A stretch of DNA of 64,000 nucleotides from an uncultured candidate division Zixibacteria bacterium (GCA_963806185.1 CAWDXE010000007.1:448001-512000); one strand, 5' to 3'. Shown: positions 20,488 to 30,299, numbered from the stretch's first letter. Notes: a model not told the origin generated them from the sequence alone. Numbers and translations are program-made.

Positions 20488-20490
20488 CGT

Positions 20491-21216
20491 ATGAGCGAGG
20501 ACGGCCCGAAACCGGCGTACAAGCGAATTCTTCTGAAACTCTCGGGCGAGGCCCTCATGGGACCCCGGGAGTTTGGTATTGACACCGCGACCGTGGTGTC
20601 CATCTGCGAGCAAATCAAGGACATCAAACAGTTCAAGATCGAGATCGGCGTCGTGGTGGGCGGCGGGAATATATTCCGCGGCCTGCATGCGTCGGAGCGC
20701 GGCATGGATCGCGTGACAGCGGACAACATGGGGATGTTGGCGACGGTCATGAATTCGCTGGCGATGATGGATACGCTGGAGAAGATGGGGATATATACGC
20801 GCGTAATGTCGGCAGTGAAGATCGAGGCGTTTGCCGAGACGTACATTCGCCGGCGCGCCGTGCGACATATGGAAAAGGGCCGCGTCGTCATCCTGGCGGC
20901 GGGGACCGGCAATCCGTATTTCAGCACGGACACGGCGGCGTCGCTGCGGGCGGCCGAAGTGGGCGCGGAGGTGATGATCAAGGCGACAAACGTCGACGGG
21001 GTGTATTCTGCCGATCCGAAGAAGGTGCCCGACGCCAAGTTCTTTCCGCAGTTGACGTATATGGAAGTGCTCACCAAGGAACTGCGCGTCATGGATGCGA
21101 CGGCGGTCTCATTACTCAAGGAAAACCGGATACCGATCCGCGTGGTTGCTCTCAAGCAACCGGGGATTCTCCGCAAGGTGATTCTCGGCGAGCAAGTGGG
21201 CACCCTGATCTGCTGA
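20491..21216 (+). CDS. pyrH: UMP kinase
   Basis: RILLKLSGEAL; GGGNIFRG; GTGNPYFSTD. Confidence 0.98.
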   Translation: MSEDGPKPAYKRILLKLSGEALMGPREFGIDTATVVSICEQIKDIKQFKIEIGVVVGGGNIFRGLHASERGMDRVTADNMGMLATVMNSLAMMDTLEKMGIYTRVMSAVKIEAFAETYIRRRAVRHMEKGRVVILAAGTGNPYFSTDTAASLRAAEVGAEVMIKATNVDGVYSADPKKVPDAKFFPQLTYMEVLTKELRVMDATAVSLLKENRIPIRVVALKQPGILRKVILGEQVGTLIC

Positions 21217-21249
21217 GCGGGACGATATTACTACTCGTAGGGGTGTACT

Positions 21250-21807
21250 ATGGTAGATCAAATAATCAAAGACGGAAAAGACAGAATGCATAAGACGGTC
21301 GAGGCGATTGTGCGGGAACTGCATGTCGTGCGGACCGGCAAGGCCTCGGCGCACCTGCTGGATACAGTGAAGGTGGAGGCATACGGATCGTTGATGCCGC
21401 TCAACCAGGTGGCGACGGTCAGCGCGCCGGAGCCACGATTACTGACAGTGCAGGCGTTTGACAAGACGACCGTAGGCGAAATCATCAAGGCGATCCAGAA
21501 GGCCGATCTCGGATTTAATCCATCGGCTGACGGGACGTTGATTCGCATTCCAGTGCCGGCGCTGAACGAAGAGCGCCGTCGCGATCTGGTCAAGCACTGC
21601 AAGCACCTGGCCGAAGAGGGACGGGTAGCGGTGCGCAATGTTCGTCGCGACGCCAACGAACATCTCAAGAAGGCGCTGAAGGACCACAAGATTTCCGAAG
21701 ACCAGGAACGGGAAGCGCTGGACAAGATTCAGAAATCGACGGATGATTATATTCGCCAGATTGACGACATCATTGCGAAGAAGGAAAAGGAAGTGATGGA
21801 AGTCTGA
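21250..21807 (+). CDS. frr: Ribosome recycling factor
   Basis: RTGKAS..LLD.VKVEAYG; P.LNEERR; RVAVRNVRRD. Confidence 0.98.
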   Translation: MVDQIIKDGKDRMHKTVEAIVRELHVVRTGKASAHLLDTVKVEAYGSLMPLNQVATVSAPEPRLLTVQAFDKTTVGEIIKAIQKADLGFNPSADGTLIRIPVPALNEERRRDLVKHCKHLAEEGRVAVRNVRRDANEHLKKALKDHKISEDQEREALDKIQKSTDDYIRQIDDIIAKKEKEVMEV

Positions 21808-21834
21808 GCGCGGCGAGCGGGAAAGATTGCTATG

Positions 21835-21864
21835 AAGCCCGAGGTGAGAGCCTCGGGTTTTTTG
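21835..21864 (+). terminator. Intrinsic terminator of the rpsB-frr operon
   Basis: AAGCCCGAGG-TGAGAG-CCTCGGGTTT followed by a T-tract. Confidence 0.85.
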
Positions 21865-21879
21865 TGGGGGGGGAACCTG

Positions 21880-22070
21880 ATCGGGTTTCGACTCCGCTCA
21901 GCCCGGCGGTTCGCTTGCGCCAGTTGCCCAAACGGTTTGTAAGATGGGCCCCCGCTCAAGGCGGGGGTGACATTGGGGGAGGCGGGGGTGACACGTGGGG
22001 AAAGGCGGAAGTGGTTATGCATTCAGATCGCCTCTCGTCGAAGTTTATCCTGAGCGAAGCCGAAGGGCTC
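21880..22070. repeat. Cluster of REP-like palindromic remnants
   Basis: TTTCGACTCCGCTCA; CCCCCGC-TCAAG-GCGGGGG-TGACA; repeated AGGCGGGGGTGACA; TCCTGAGCGAAGCCGAAGGG. Confidence 0.55.
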
Positions 22071-22183
22071 GAGGCGGCGGGGGCGGAAAGAAAGCGTTGA
22101 CAAATGGATGCGCAACGCTATGTTACATATACATAGTTACCACATATGTGAATCCAAACCATCAGCGCCGATTCGAGGGCGTT

Positions 22184-25100
22184 ATGTGTCGTTCCAACTA
22201 CTTACTATCAATCATTGTCCTAGCTGCCCTGTTGGGTGTTGCCGTGCCAGGCCCGGTACGGGCGGCAGAGCCTGACGACGTCTACTGGGCCGCCGGGTTT
22301 AACCTGCCGGGGCCGGTTGGGAATATCGAAGCACAGGTTGTATTCGATAACAAACTGATTGTGGCGGGGGAGATCAGTTCGGTCGATGCGGATTCGGCCC
22401 ATAATGTCGCGATGTTCAATGGGGTATCGTGGGCGCCGTTTCCGACGGGGTTTGATGATGGGATAGTGTATGCGTTGTGTGTCTACAACGGCGCGCTGAT
22501 AGCGGGCGGGACATTTCGCAATTCAGACGGTCATTATTTAGGTGGGGTAGCATCCTGGGATGGAGCGCAGTGGCAGTCGATAGGCGCCGGGGATGTCGAT
22601 GTCTACTCGCTGGCGGTGTTTAGCGGCAAACTGGCGGTCGGAGGTACGTTTACCACCATCGGCGGAATTTCCGCGAGCAGGGTGGCGACGTGGGACGGCC
22701 TTGCGTGGGGAGCTCTGGGTACCGGCCTGAGGCACCATGCGACCGTGGGGGAAGTGCAGGGACTCACGGAATTTGACGGTGAACTGGTCGCGGCCGGGTT
22801 ATTCGACCGGTCGGGCACTGATGTGCTCACTGAGAATGTCGCCCGGTGGAACGGGGTGAAGTGGGAGTCGCTCGGCGACGGCCATCCGGGCATCCTCTAT
22901 GACGTGATTGACTTCAATGGTCAACTGGTGGTCACCGGAGCCAATGACTCGATGGTGGTTGCGACGTTTGTGGCGGAGACGTGGGTGCCGATGGGCAATC
23001 CGCTGTGGGGATTTGGATATGGCGGCGAGGATCTGGAGATAATCGGAGGAGAGCTCTACGCCGCCGGCATCTTCCAAGATGCGCTGCTGAATCCGACGTG
23101 GACATCAGGAGTCATTCACCTCAACGGAAGTACGTGGGAACCGGTCGGAGATGCACTCGACCATACGAAATCTCTCGTCGAATACAATGGTCGGCTTTTC
23201 ACTGATCAGGCTTGGCTGGGGTCCTTAGCTCTAGACGGTGCGACGTGGGTGCGTACTGGGATGGGGAACGGAGTTGACGCAAGGGTGACCAGTCTCTGCG
23301 AATTCAACGGGGGGGTTGTAGCATCCGGGGCGTTTCAATCGGCGGGAACGACACGAGTGCCACAGCTTGCCTCGTTTGATGGTGTGTCGTGGGCGAAATT
23401 GAGCGAGGGGATGCCGTGGAGCACGGCGGAAGACATGATCGTGTTTGACGGGCAGCTTGTCGCCTGCGGGTATGCAGGTCCCACCAGTGGTAGAGGAAGT
23501 GTCGCTTTCTGGGATGGAGGCGCCTGGCAGGCAATGGACAACACCTTTCACGGGTATGGAAGGGTGCTTAGGATCTACCACGATGAGTTGTATGTCGCCG
23601 GGTATTTTCAATGGCACAATGGGGCACCGCTGGGCTTCATGGTCGCCAAGTGGACGGGCAGTTCGTGGCAGTCGCTGACCACGGCTACGTCGGAACAAGC
23701 GTACGCGATGACAGTGTATGACGACAAGCTCATTGTCGGCGGGCGATTCAACTGGGTAGGTTCGCTTCAGGCGAACCTTATCGCCGCGTGGGATGGTGTG
23801 GGTTGGTCAACGCTGGGGACCGGAATCGATTCGGCTGGGTATACCAGCGTGACCGAACTCTGTATATTCAACGGGCGACTGATGGCGGGAGGGAAGTTTA
23901 CAAGAGCAGGGGGAGAGGTGTGTCACAATTTTGCGGCGTGGGACGGGATGTTCTGGACGCCGGTTCCGGTCAGCAACTACTCGGAATTCGGACGAACAGA
24001 AGTGTATGGGAATCTGCTGATCGTGGCCGGAGAGAAATTCGATGGCCGTCAGTTCAACAAGATCGGTGCGTGGGACGGTCACGATTGGTCGATGCTCGGA
24101 TCGGGTGTTACTTTCAATGGCTCGGTGAAGGCGATCCTGTCGATGGGCAGTTATCTCATGGTGGGCGGAGAATTTGGCCGTGCCGGCGAGAGGTTTTGCG
24201 GTAATATCAGTGAGTGGACGAAGCCGCCTGAAAGCTGGTTTGTTGGGCTGGTTACCGAGGATGGACGGGCGGCGAATCCGAAAATCGTGACTGATGCGCC
24301 GGTCATGGCGTGGTCGCCGAATGTCCATTTGGCTCAGACAGGGTACGAGTTGGAAGTGGGCAGTGATGACGATTGGGCGGTGGCGGAAATGTGGGCGACC
24401 GGTGCTGTCTCGTCGAACGACACATCAGTCACGTATGCCGGGCTGCCGCTCGCGGCGGGGGTGCGTTACCATTTGCGAATTCGAGTAGATGACGGGGCGC
24501 AGTGGTCGCCGTGGCATTACACGACGTTTCGCACGAACGGGGCGCCATCGACGCCGGTACAGTTATCTCCTGTGGACCTGGCTCTCACCGTCAGTATGCC
24601 GACGCTGTGGGTGGAGAATGCAATTGATCTCGAGCATGATGTGTTGACTTACGAGTACCAGGGATTCCATGACACTGATTGTGTGGCCGGACCGGGAATC
24701 GGTCTGACGGGAATAGCTGAAGGGACAGATTCCACCGGAGGCGTGATCACGACGCCGCTGGCGGAAAACTGCCGTTATTGGTGGAGTGTGCGAGCTTTTG
24801 ACGGCCATCTGTATTCGAGTCCGTCGGGTTGGCAGCAGTTTGTGGTGAACGGTGTGAATGAGCCGCCGTCGGCGATCAGCGGGTTGTCTCCGGCGGAAGG
24901 TAACGGGGAGATCAGCTATGAGATGAAGCCGACGTTTGCGTGGACGTCGTCGTATGATCCGGATCCGGGTGATACGGTGCGGTACCGGCTGGAAGTGGCA
25001 GTTGATTCTTCATTTGCCGTGAAGAAGACATACGATTCACTGCTGGTGACATCATTCACCGTAGCCGACTCGCTGGCGTTCGGGACGCATTACTGGTGGC

Positions 25101-25372
25101 GTGTGACGGCGTTTGATAAGACCGGCTTGAGTGTGCAGACGCCGGTGCGCAATTTCCGGACCTGGCAGTTGGGTGATATTGACTATTCGCACGGAACTGA
25201 TATCGGTGATCTGACGGCGTTTATTGATAATCTGTTCCTTTCGTTCACGCCGATATTGCCCCTGAAGCTGGCCGATCTGACGGGCGACTGCAATGTGGAT
25301 ATCGGCGATCTGACGGCGTTGATAAATAATCTGTTCATCACGTTCGAGCCGTTGAAGGCGGGGTGCGAGTAG
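22184..25372 (+). CDS. Secreted multi-repeat (probable beta-propeller) protein with Fn3/Ig-like domains and a C-terminal dockerin
   Basis: Signal peptide; about 13 repeats of 'V.AL..F.G.L..GG.F.......A.WDG..W..LG.G'; Fn3-like 'Y.WRV.AFD'; duplicated 'DIGDLT' dockerin; TTGACA-N16-TATGTT upstream. Confidence 0.82.
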   Translation: MCRSNYLLSIIVLAALLGVAVPGPVRAAEPDDVYWAAGFNLPGPVGNIEAQVVFDNKLIVAGEISSVDADSAHNVAMFNGVSWAPFPTGFDDGIVYALCVYNGALIAGGTFRNSDGHYLGGVASWDGAQWQSIGAGDVDVYSLAVFSGKLAVGGTFTTIGGISASRVATWDGLAWGALGTGLRHHATVGEVQGLTEFDGELVAAGLFDRSGTDVLTENVARWNGVKWESLGDGHPGILYDVIDFNGQLVVTGANDSMVVATFVAETWVPMGNPLWGFGYGGEDLEIIGGELYAAGIFQDALLNPTWTSGVIHLNGSTWEPVGDALDHTKSLVEYNGRLFTDQAWLGSLALDGATWVRTGMGNGVDARVTSLCEFNGGVVASGAFQSAGTTRVPQLASFDGVSWAKLSEGMPWSTAEDMIVFDGQLVACGYAGPTSGRGSVAFWDGGAWQAMDNTFHGYGRVLRIYHDELYVAGYFQWHNGAPLGFMVAKWTGSSWQSLTTATSEQAYAMTVYDDKLIVGGRFNWVGSLQANLIAAWDGVGWSTLGTGIDSAGYTSVTELCIFNGRLMAGGKFTRAGGEVCHNFAAWDGMFWTPVPVSNYSEFGRTEVYGNLLIVAGEKFDGRQFNKIGAWDGHDWSMLGSGVTFNGSVKAILSMGSYLMVGGEFGRAGERFCGNISEWTKPPESWFVGLVTEDGRAANPKIVTDAPVMAWSPNVHLAQTGYELEVGSDDDWAVAEMWATGAVSSNDTSVTYAGLPLAAGVRYHLRIRVDDGAQWSPWHYTTFRTNGAPSTPVQLSPVDLALTVSMPTLWVENAIDLEHDVLTYEYQGFHDTDCVAGPGIGLTGIAEGTDSTGGVITTPLAENCRYWWSVRAFDGHLYSSPSGWQQFVVNGVNEPPSAISGLSPAEGNGEISYEMKPTFAWTSSYDPDPGDTVRYRLEVAVDSSFAVKKTYDSLLVTSFTVADSLAFGTHYWWRVTAFDKTGLSVQTPVRNFRTWQLGDIDYSHGTDIGDLTAFIDNLFLSFTPILPLKLADLTGDCNVDIGDLTALINNLFITFEPLKAGCE

Positions 25373-25404
25373 GGGGCCAGGCCAGCTGCAACGAGTGATT
25401 TGCT

Positions 25405-25630
25405 CTGGGGCGCAACCTTGATCGATTGGATCGGGGTTGCGCCCTACGTTTTTGGGTGATGGACAGTTGCGCGGTTTTATGTGAGAGAGGTGGGCCGAGA
25501 CGAAGCGGACTCATGGGTTCCGGACCTTCGGTCCGGAATGACAATGAGGGGGGGGGATTGGTGGTGGCCGAGATTCTGGAGCCAGACAGGCCAAGCTTGC
25601 GCTTGCCCTGTCCGACTCCAGAATGACAGT
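25405..25630. repeat. REP-like palindrome cluster (GTAG- and TGTC-tagged)
   Basis: GGGCGCAACC...GGTTGCGCCC-TAC; TTCCGGACC-TTC-GGTCCGGAA-TGACA; TTCTGGAG...CTCCAGAA-TGACA. Confidence 0.7.
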
Positions 25631-25763
25631 GCGGGGGCTCAGAAGGACAGAGGGGGGGCAGAATGTGATAATTCGGAGATTTGTTAATCGTTTGTCGGGC
25701 AAGTGATTATCTGGACGGTTGATTCCCTCGGCGATTTTTCGCTGGGCTCGACGTGCTTTTCTC

Positions 25764-25792
25764 TTGACACCTGCACACTTGTGCAGTATTCT
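25764..25792 (+). promoter_or_regulatory. Sigma70 promoter with a 16-bp palindromic operator filling the spacer
   Basis: TTGACA-N17-TATTCT; spacer contains CTGCACA-CT-TGTGCAG (25771-25786). Confidence 0.7.
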
Positions 25793-25839
25793 TGTTTTGT
25801 CACCAAAATGAAGCCTATCCGAAGGAAAGGAGGGTGCAG

Positions 25840-26067
25840 ATGCACCGTCAGGGAATGTCGTCGGTGGTAGGGAGCGAAAGAGGCGCTGAAATGATGATTC
25901 CATTTGTGGAGCCAATAGATGCGGGGATGGTTGCGGAGGTTCTTGCGGATCGTCAGGTGTACCTGTACGCCAATGCGTCGACCTGCCCCGATTGCGGTGG
26001 GGCGATGATGCGTCTGGGCGGCTGCTGTGCCTGTCCGTCGTGCGGGTACCAGAGCTGTAGTGTGTGA
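25840..26067 (+). CDS. Small Cys-rich zinc-ribbon protein (resembles the C-terminal Zn ribbon of class II ribonucleotide reductases)
   Basis: GGAGG SD; CPDCG...GGCCACPSCGYQSC; 75 aa. Confidence 0.65.
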   Translation: MHRQGMSSVVGSERGAEMMIPFVEPIDAGMVAEVLADRQVYLYANASTCPDCGGAMMRLGGCCACPSCGYQSCSV

Positions 26068-26084
26068 GGGGGAAGGGTGGAGGC

Positions 26085-26400
26085 CGTCAGGTCACACCTT
26101 TCGCGGATTCGGCGCAGGAGCTGACGGAACGGGGTTGTCGGGTTTCTCCGCGAGCTGACGCTCGCTCCGGAACCCGACCTACAGAACTGAAAGATTGCCA
26201 CGGCTCGAAGCGGACCTGGCGGTGACGCGTATGTAGATGAAGTGGACACTGAGATCCTGAATCATAGGAATGATTCAGGATGACGCAGGAGGGGAGCGGA
26301 CCTCGCAATGATGCGTATTTAGGCGAAATGGACACTGAGATCCTGAACCTTTAGGAGAAGGTTCAGGATGACGAGGGAGGGAGAGAGAGTTTCGCAATAA
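26085..26400. repeat. Composite REP-like cluster, including two covarying hairpin repeats
   Basis: CGTCAG...CTGACG 42-mer (near-copy at 50730); ...CCCGACCTAC; TGGACACTGAGATCCTGAA...TTCAGGATGACG at 26243 and 26329. Confidence 0.75.
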
Positions 26401-26474
26401 TAACGACGATAGGCGTGGCGCACGAGACGTACGCCACGCATTAGACACAAGGGCACGAGAGAGAAGTTAAGAGC

Positions 26475-29162
26475 ATGCAACTGGGAGATCTGGAGAAGCA
26501 GGGGCTGCCGTCACGCATCATCAGTGTGTGGCGGGAACGCCAGGGGGAGATTCTTCTGCCGGTGCAGACACGCGCTGTGCAGAGAGGATTGCTGGGTGGG
26601 TTGAGCGGCAACGGCGGACCGTCGGGGATGATCATCACCGCACCGACGTCGGCCGGCAAATCGTTCTGCGCCGAACTGGCGGCAATGCGGGCGCTAACCG
26701 CGCGGAAGAAAGTGGTCACCCTCTTTCCGTTGAAATCGCTGGCCGAGGAGAAATATCGGCTTTTCTGCCAGACGTACGGCCCGCTCGGGGTGCGCTGTCT
26801 GATCGCGACCGGGGATCATCCGGAAAACGATCGAGCCTTCGAAGATACCGATTTTCAACTGGCAGTTTCCATCTATGAGAAATTTGATCTGCTGCTGACG
26901 CTCGACCTGGGCATTCTGCGCAATATCGGTCTGGTCGTGATCGATGAACTGCAGATGGTGGCGGATGTGGGGCGCGGGGCGATACTCGAACGGTTGCTCA
27001 CCAAACTGCGGGCGTCGGGTGCGACGCCGCCGCTCTTGGCATTCTCGGCGGTGCTGGGCGACGGCGCGGCGCGGCGCATGGCGGAATGGCTTTCGGCGGA
27101 ACTGGTGGAGGAACTCGCTCGGCCGGTTGATCTGGTGCGCGGGGTGGCGACGGGGGGATCGTTCAGGTATCGCTCGTACAACACCGGCGTGGAGGGTGAT
27201 GAGCCGTTTGAGGTGGCGATCGCGGATGCCGAGCCGGTGGCGCAGTTTGTGGCGCGCATCAAGAATGAAGCGGGGAATACGCTGGTCTTTTTGAAATCGC
27301 GTCAGGAGACGGTGCGGATTGCGTTTGCGCTGGCGGCGTCGGCCGGATGGTCACCGGCGGCACGCGCGGTCGAGCGGCTGCGCGACGAGGAACCGTCGTT
27401 TTTGATTCGTTCACTCCTTCAGTGTCTGAGTCGCGGGGTGGCGTTTCACAACGCCGATCTGTCGCCGTATCAGCGTGAAGTGATCGAGGATGCCTATCGC
27501 GAGGGGGAGATTCGGGCGCTGTTTTCGACGACGACGCTGTCGATGGGGGTGAATCTTCCGGCGGACACGATCTATCTGGAGACGGTCAAGTATGTCACGG
27601 GGCAGACGGACCGTCGCCCGGTGCTGGTGCCGATTTCGCGCGCGGAGTTTGACAACATGACCGGGCGGGCGGGGCGATTCGGCAAGAAGTGCCGTCCGGG
27701 CAAGGCGATCATCCTGGCGGAGTCGGAATTCGACCGGGACATCCTGTGGCAGACGTATATCGCGCCGCCGAATGATGAAGCGTTTCAGTCGGCGTGGGCG
27801 TCGATGCCGCAGGAAGACTGGCTCTTGAACATGATGGCGTGCGGGTTGATCGAATCGCGCGAGGATATCGCGCGGGTGTTCGGGCACACCCTGCAGTTCC
27901 GCGAGACAGGCCGGATTCCGGATATGACGGCGGCAGTGGCGCGGCTGGTCGGGCTGAAGCTGATCGAGTACGACGAGGTGAGTGGGAAGCTGACGATCAC
28001 GCCGTTCGGGCGGGCGGCGGCGCAGGCGTCGGTGTCGATTGCGGATGCGGTGCATTTCCGGGCGAAATTGGAGCACGGGTATCCGGAGCGGAGCAGTGAG
28101 TGGCTGGCTCTGGCGTTGAGCGCGCCGTCGGTGGAATTTCCGCCGGGGATGCTGACGCGGTGTGAGCAGATCGAGCGGGAGCCGGTGAAGCAGTTGTATC
28201 GTCGTTGTGGCGGCGCGGTCGACACGATCGCGCAGATGCTGCTGGGGACGACGTACCACCGTCAGACGCTGACGTTCCGTCAGGCGTCGGCGGTGAAGGC
28301 TCTACTCTTGCTGGAGGACTGGTCGTCGCTGCGACCGGTGCAGAGGCTGGAGGAAGGGTACCAGTTGCATATGGGACAGATCATGTCACTGGGCGAGGCG
28401 ATCGCGCACCTGCTGTCGGCGGTGGCGGCGCTGATTGAAGCCGATGATTCCGAGGCGTCGGCTGTCCATGAACTGCGCCGGCAGGCTTTCACTATTCGTT
28501 TTGGCTTACCGGCGGAGTTTCAGGCGATGTATCAGCATGTGGGCATGCTGCTCACTCGGGCCGATTGGGGGCGATTGCAGGCGGCCAACATTTTCTCGCT
28601 GCACGCGCTGGCGGCGCTCGAGGCGGGGGAGTTGGCGAAGCTGGTGCCAAACGAACAACGTCGACAAAAAATTCTGGAACAATTGGAACGGTGTAAAGAG
28701 GAGGTCGAGATGAAACCGATCATGGCGAATGCGATGCCGGATGCGGAAGCGATGCAGTTGTCCGCGACGCCGGAGACAATCGAGATTGACGGAACGTATG
28801 ATCGCGAGCGATTCCTGATCCGCATCAACGGTTTTCCGGTGCGGCTGACCGGAAAATCATTCAAGTATCTGGCGCGGCTGGCCTGGTTCCGGGCGTACAG
28901 TCAGAACGGGTGGGTGTACAAGGAGGATATCGAGGTTGGCTTCAACCAGGCTCGGTATCTGTACCGGATGAAGAATGAACTGGCGGAGTCGATCGGGCAG
29001 GGGTGGTCGGTGGTGGAGAATAATCGGCTGGGGTATTACCGGCTGGATATTGATCCATCGAAGATCAAGATCAATGTCGACAACATCAGGAATCATCCGG
29101 ATTTCGAGGTGCGGAATCTGGCGTTGAATGCGGGGGGAGGGGAGTCGGAGACGATTCATTGA
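26475..29162 (+). CDS. Ski2/Hel308-like SF2 helicase with a C-terminal winged-helix-like domain
   Basis: Q motif (PVQ), APTSAGKS, PLKSLA.EK, DELQ, SAV, FHNADL, STTTLSMGVNLP, NMTGRAGR; 'ITPFGR' winged-helix/ratchet region; OmpR-like tail. Confidence 0.88.
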   Translation: MQLGDLEKQGLPSRIISVWRERQGEILLPVQTRAVQRGLLGGLSGNGGPSGMIITAPTSAGKSFCAELAAMRALTARKKVVTLFPLKSLAEEKYRLFCQTYGPLGVRCLIATGDHPENDRAFEDTDFQLAVSIYEKFDLLLTLDLGILRNIGLVVIDELQMVADVGRGAILERLLTKLRASGATPPLLAFSAVLGDGAARRMAEWLSAELVEELARPVDLVRGVATGGSFRYRSYNTGVEGDEPFEVAIADAEPVAQFVARIKNEAGNTLVFLKSRQETVRIAFALAASAGWSPAARAVERLRDEEPSFLIRSLLQCLSRGVAFHNADLSPYQREVIEDAYREGEIRALFSTTTLSMGVNLPADTIYLETVKYVTGQTDRRPVLVPISRAEFDNMTGRAGRFGKKCRPGKAIILAESEFDRDILWQTYIAPPNDEAFQSAWASMPQEDWLLNMMACGLIESREDIARVFGHTLQFRETGRIPDMTAAVARLVGLKLIEYDEVSGKLTITPFGRAAAQASVSIADAVHFRAKLEHGYPERSSEWLALALSAPSVEFPPGMLTRCEQIEREPVKQLYRRCGGAVDTIAQMLLGTTYHRQTLTFRQASAVKALLLLEDWSSLRPVQRLEEGYQLHMGQIMSLGEAIAHLLSAVAALIEADDSEASAVHELRRQAFTIRFGLPAEFQAMYQHVGMLLTRADWGRLQAANIFSLHALAALEAGELAKLVPNEQRRQKILEQLERCKEEVEMKPIMANAMPDAEAMQLSATPETIEIDGTYDRERFLIRINGFPVRLTGKSFKYLARLAWFRAYSQNGWVYKEDIEVGFNQARYLYRMKNELAESIGQGWSVVENNRLGYYRLDIDPSKIKINVDNIRNHPDFEVRNLALNAGGGESETIH

Positions 29163-29555
29163 CAATGTGAGGGTGGCCCTACCGGCCCTCACCCGGAGGG
29201 AGAGGGAGCAAGAGAGTTGCTTTCGTGTAGTGTGGTGAATTGCGGTTAGTGTGATGTAGTGCGGCCGCATGTTGTTCCGTGAGGGATGACAGGCGGCCGT
29301 TGTGTTTGGGGAAGTGACAATGTAGCTGAGCCGCCTCTCGTCTCCGCTCGAGGCGGCGAGGAAGGGGCTCAGGTCGCGGCGCGAAGGTGAGGTGCAGGAG
29401 TTGATTTAACAGTAATGCTGAAGCAATCCGGCTGGCAATGTTCGGTGCTCCGATCTGAGATCCCTTGTGCACGAAGGAAAGGCGGCAGACGTCTACATAC
29501 TGTACAGTGAATATCCGCTCACTCATTTACAGCAGAGGTCAAACGCGGGGGTATC

Positions 29556-30296
29556 ATGAGATTGCTGATTGGAATCGTTTTGATCTCCCTGATCTGCACA
29601 TTGGCGGTGGGCTGTCGTGTCGAGGAGAGCGAGAGTATTGACTCGGCCTCCGCAGCATACACGTCGGTTATCTCCTTCCTCGACTTCGCTTATATGCACC
29701 AAGAACCACCCAGCCTGTTGCAGGCTGATGTACATGTGGTTCACTTTGATAGTGATTTGACGCCATATGTCCGGGAACGGATGATCGGTCACGCGATCTG
29801 GAAAGTTGAGTTTGATAGTATTTCCGTCGATTTACCCGGCACGTACAATCGTGAATGGGAATCGCGACGGCCTCGCAAATGCACAGTGTACTTGGATTCG
29901 ACAACGGCGGAACTGCTGTGTGTCGTGATGACACGGGAATGGGCGACGGAAGATTCGGTGAATAAGGTAGATACAACTCTATTCTCCAAGTGCATAAGGA
30001 ACTGGACAATCAACGAAGTCAATTTGCGGCGCAATCCACTATTTGTCGGCTTTTTTGATGCGCTCAACTCAGCCGTCGGTTCCAACCCCTATCGGGCAGT
30101 CGAGGTGATAGGCATCTTCACCGACGTGAAGGAGACACATGGTCCGAAGGGGCCGCAATGGTGGATATTGGGGAAAGGTATCGACAGGACAGAGATGTTT
30201 GGTGGGCCTGGAATATCGCCGTATCCGTGGGGTTGGACGGCGGTTGATGCGGTGAACGGTCGAGTAATTGTGATGGGGACGTCCCCGGAATGTTAG
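29556..30296 (+). CDS. Hypothetical lipoprotein
   Basis: Lipobox LAVG|C; no recognised domain; visibly more AT-rich codons. Confidence 0.7.
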   Translation: MRLLIGIVLISLICTLAVGCRVEESESIDSASAAYTSVISFLDFAYMHQEPPSLLQADVHVVHFDSDLTPYVRERMIGHAIWKVEFDSISVDLPGTYNREWESRRPRKCTVYLDSTTAELLCVVMTREWATEDSVNKVDTTLFSKCIRNWTINEVNLRRNPLFVGFFDALNSAVGSNPYRAVEVIGIFTDVKETHGPKGPQWWILGKGIDRTEMFGGPGISPYPWGWTAVDAVNGRVIVMGTSPEC

Positions 30297-30299
30297 GGT

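Noticed and set aside
25771..25786. Palindrome as an NrdR box
   Set aside because: Poor match to the acaCwAtATaTwGtgt consensus despite the NrdJ-like Zn ribbon downstream; regulator left unassigned.
26243..26373. Possible mini CRISPR array
   Set aside because: Only two copies, their interiors differ, they carry a REP-type CGTC tag, and there are no cas genes. The neighbouring helicase lacks a Cas3 HD domain.
26475..29162. Helicase as Hachiman HamB or another named defence system
   Set aside because: No HamA-like or nuclease partner is adjacent and there is no defence-island context; cannot be assigned without an HMM search.
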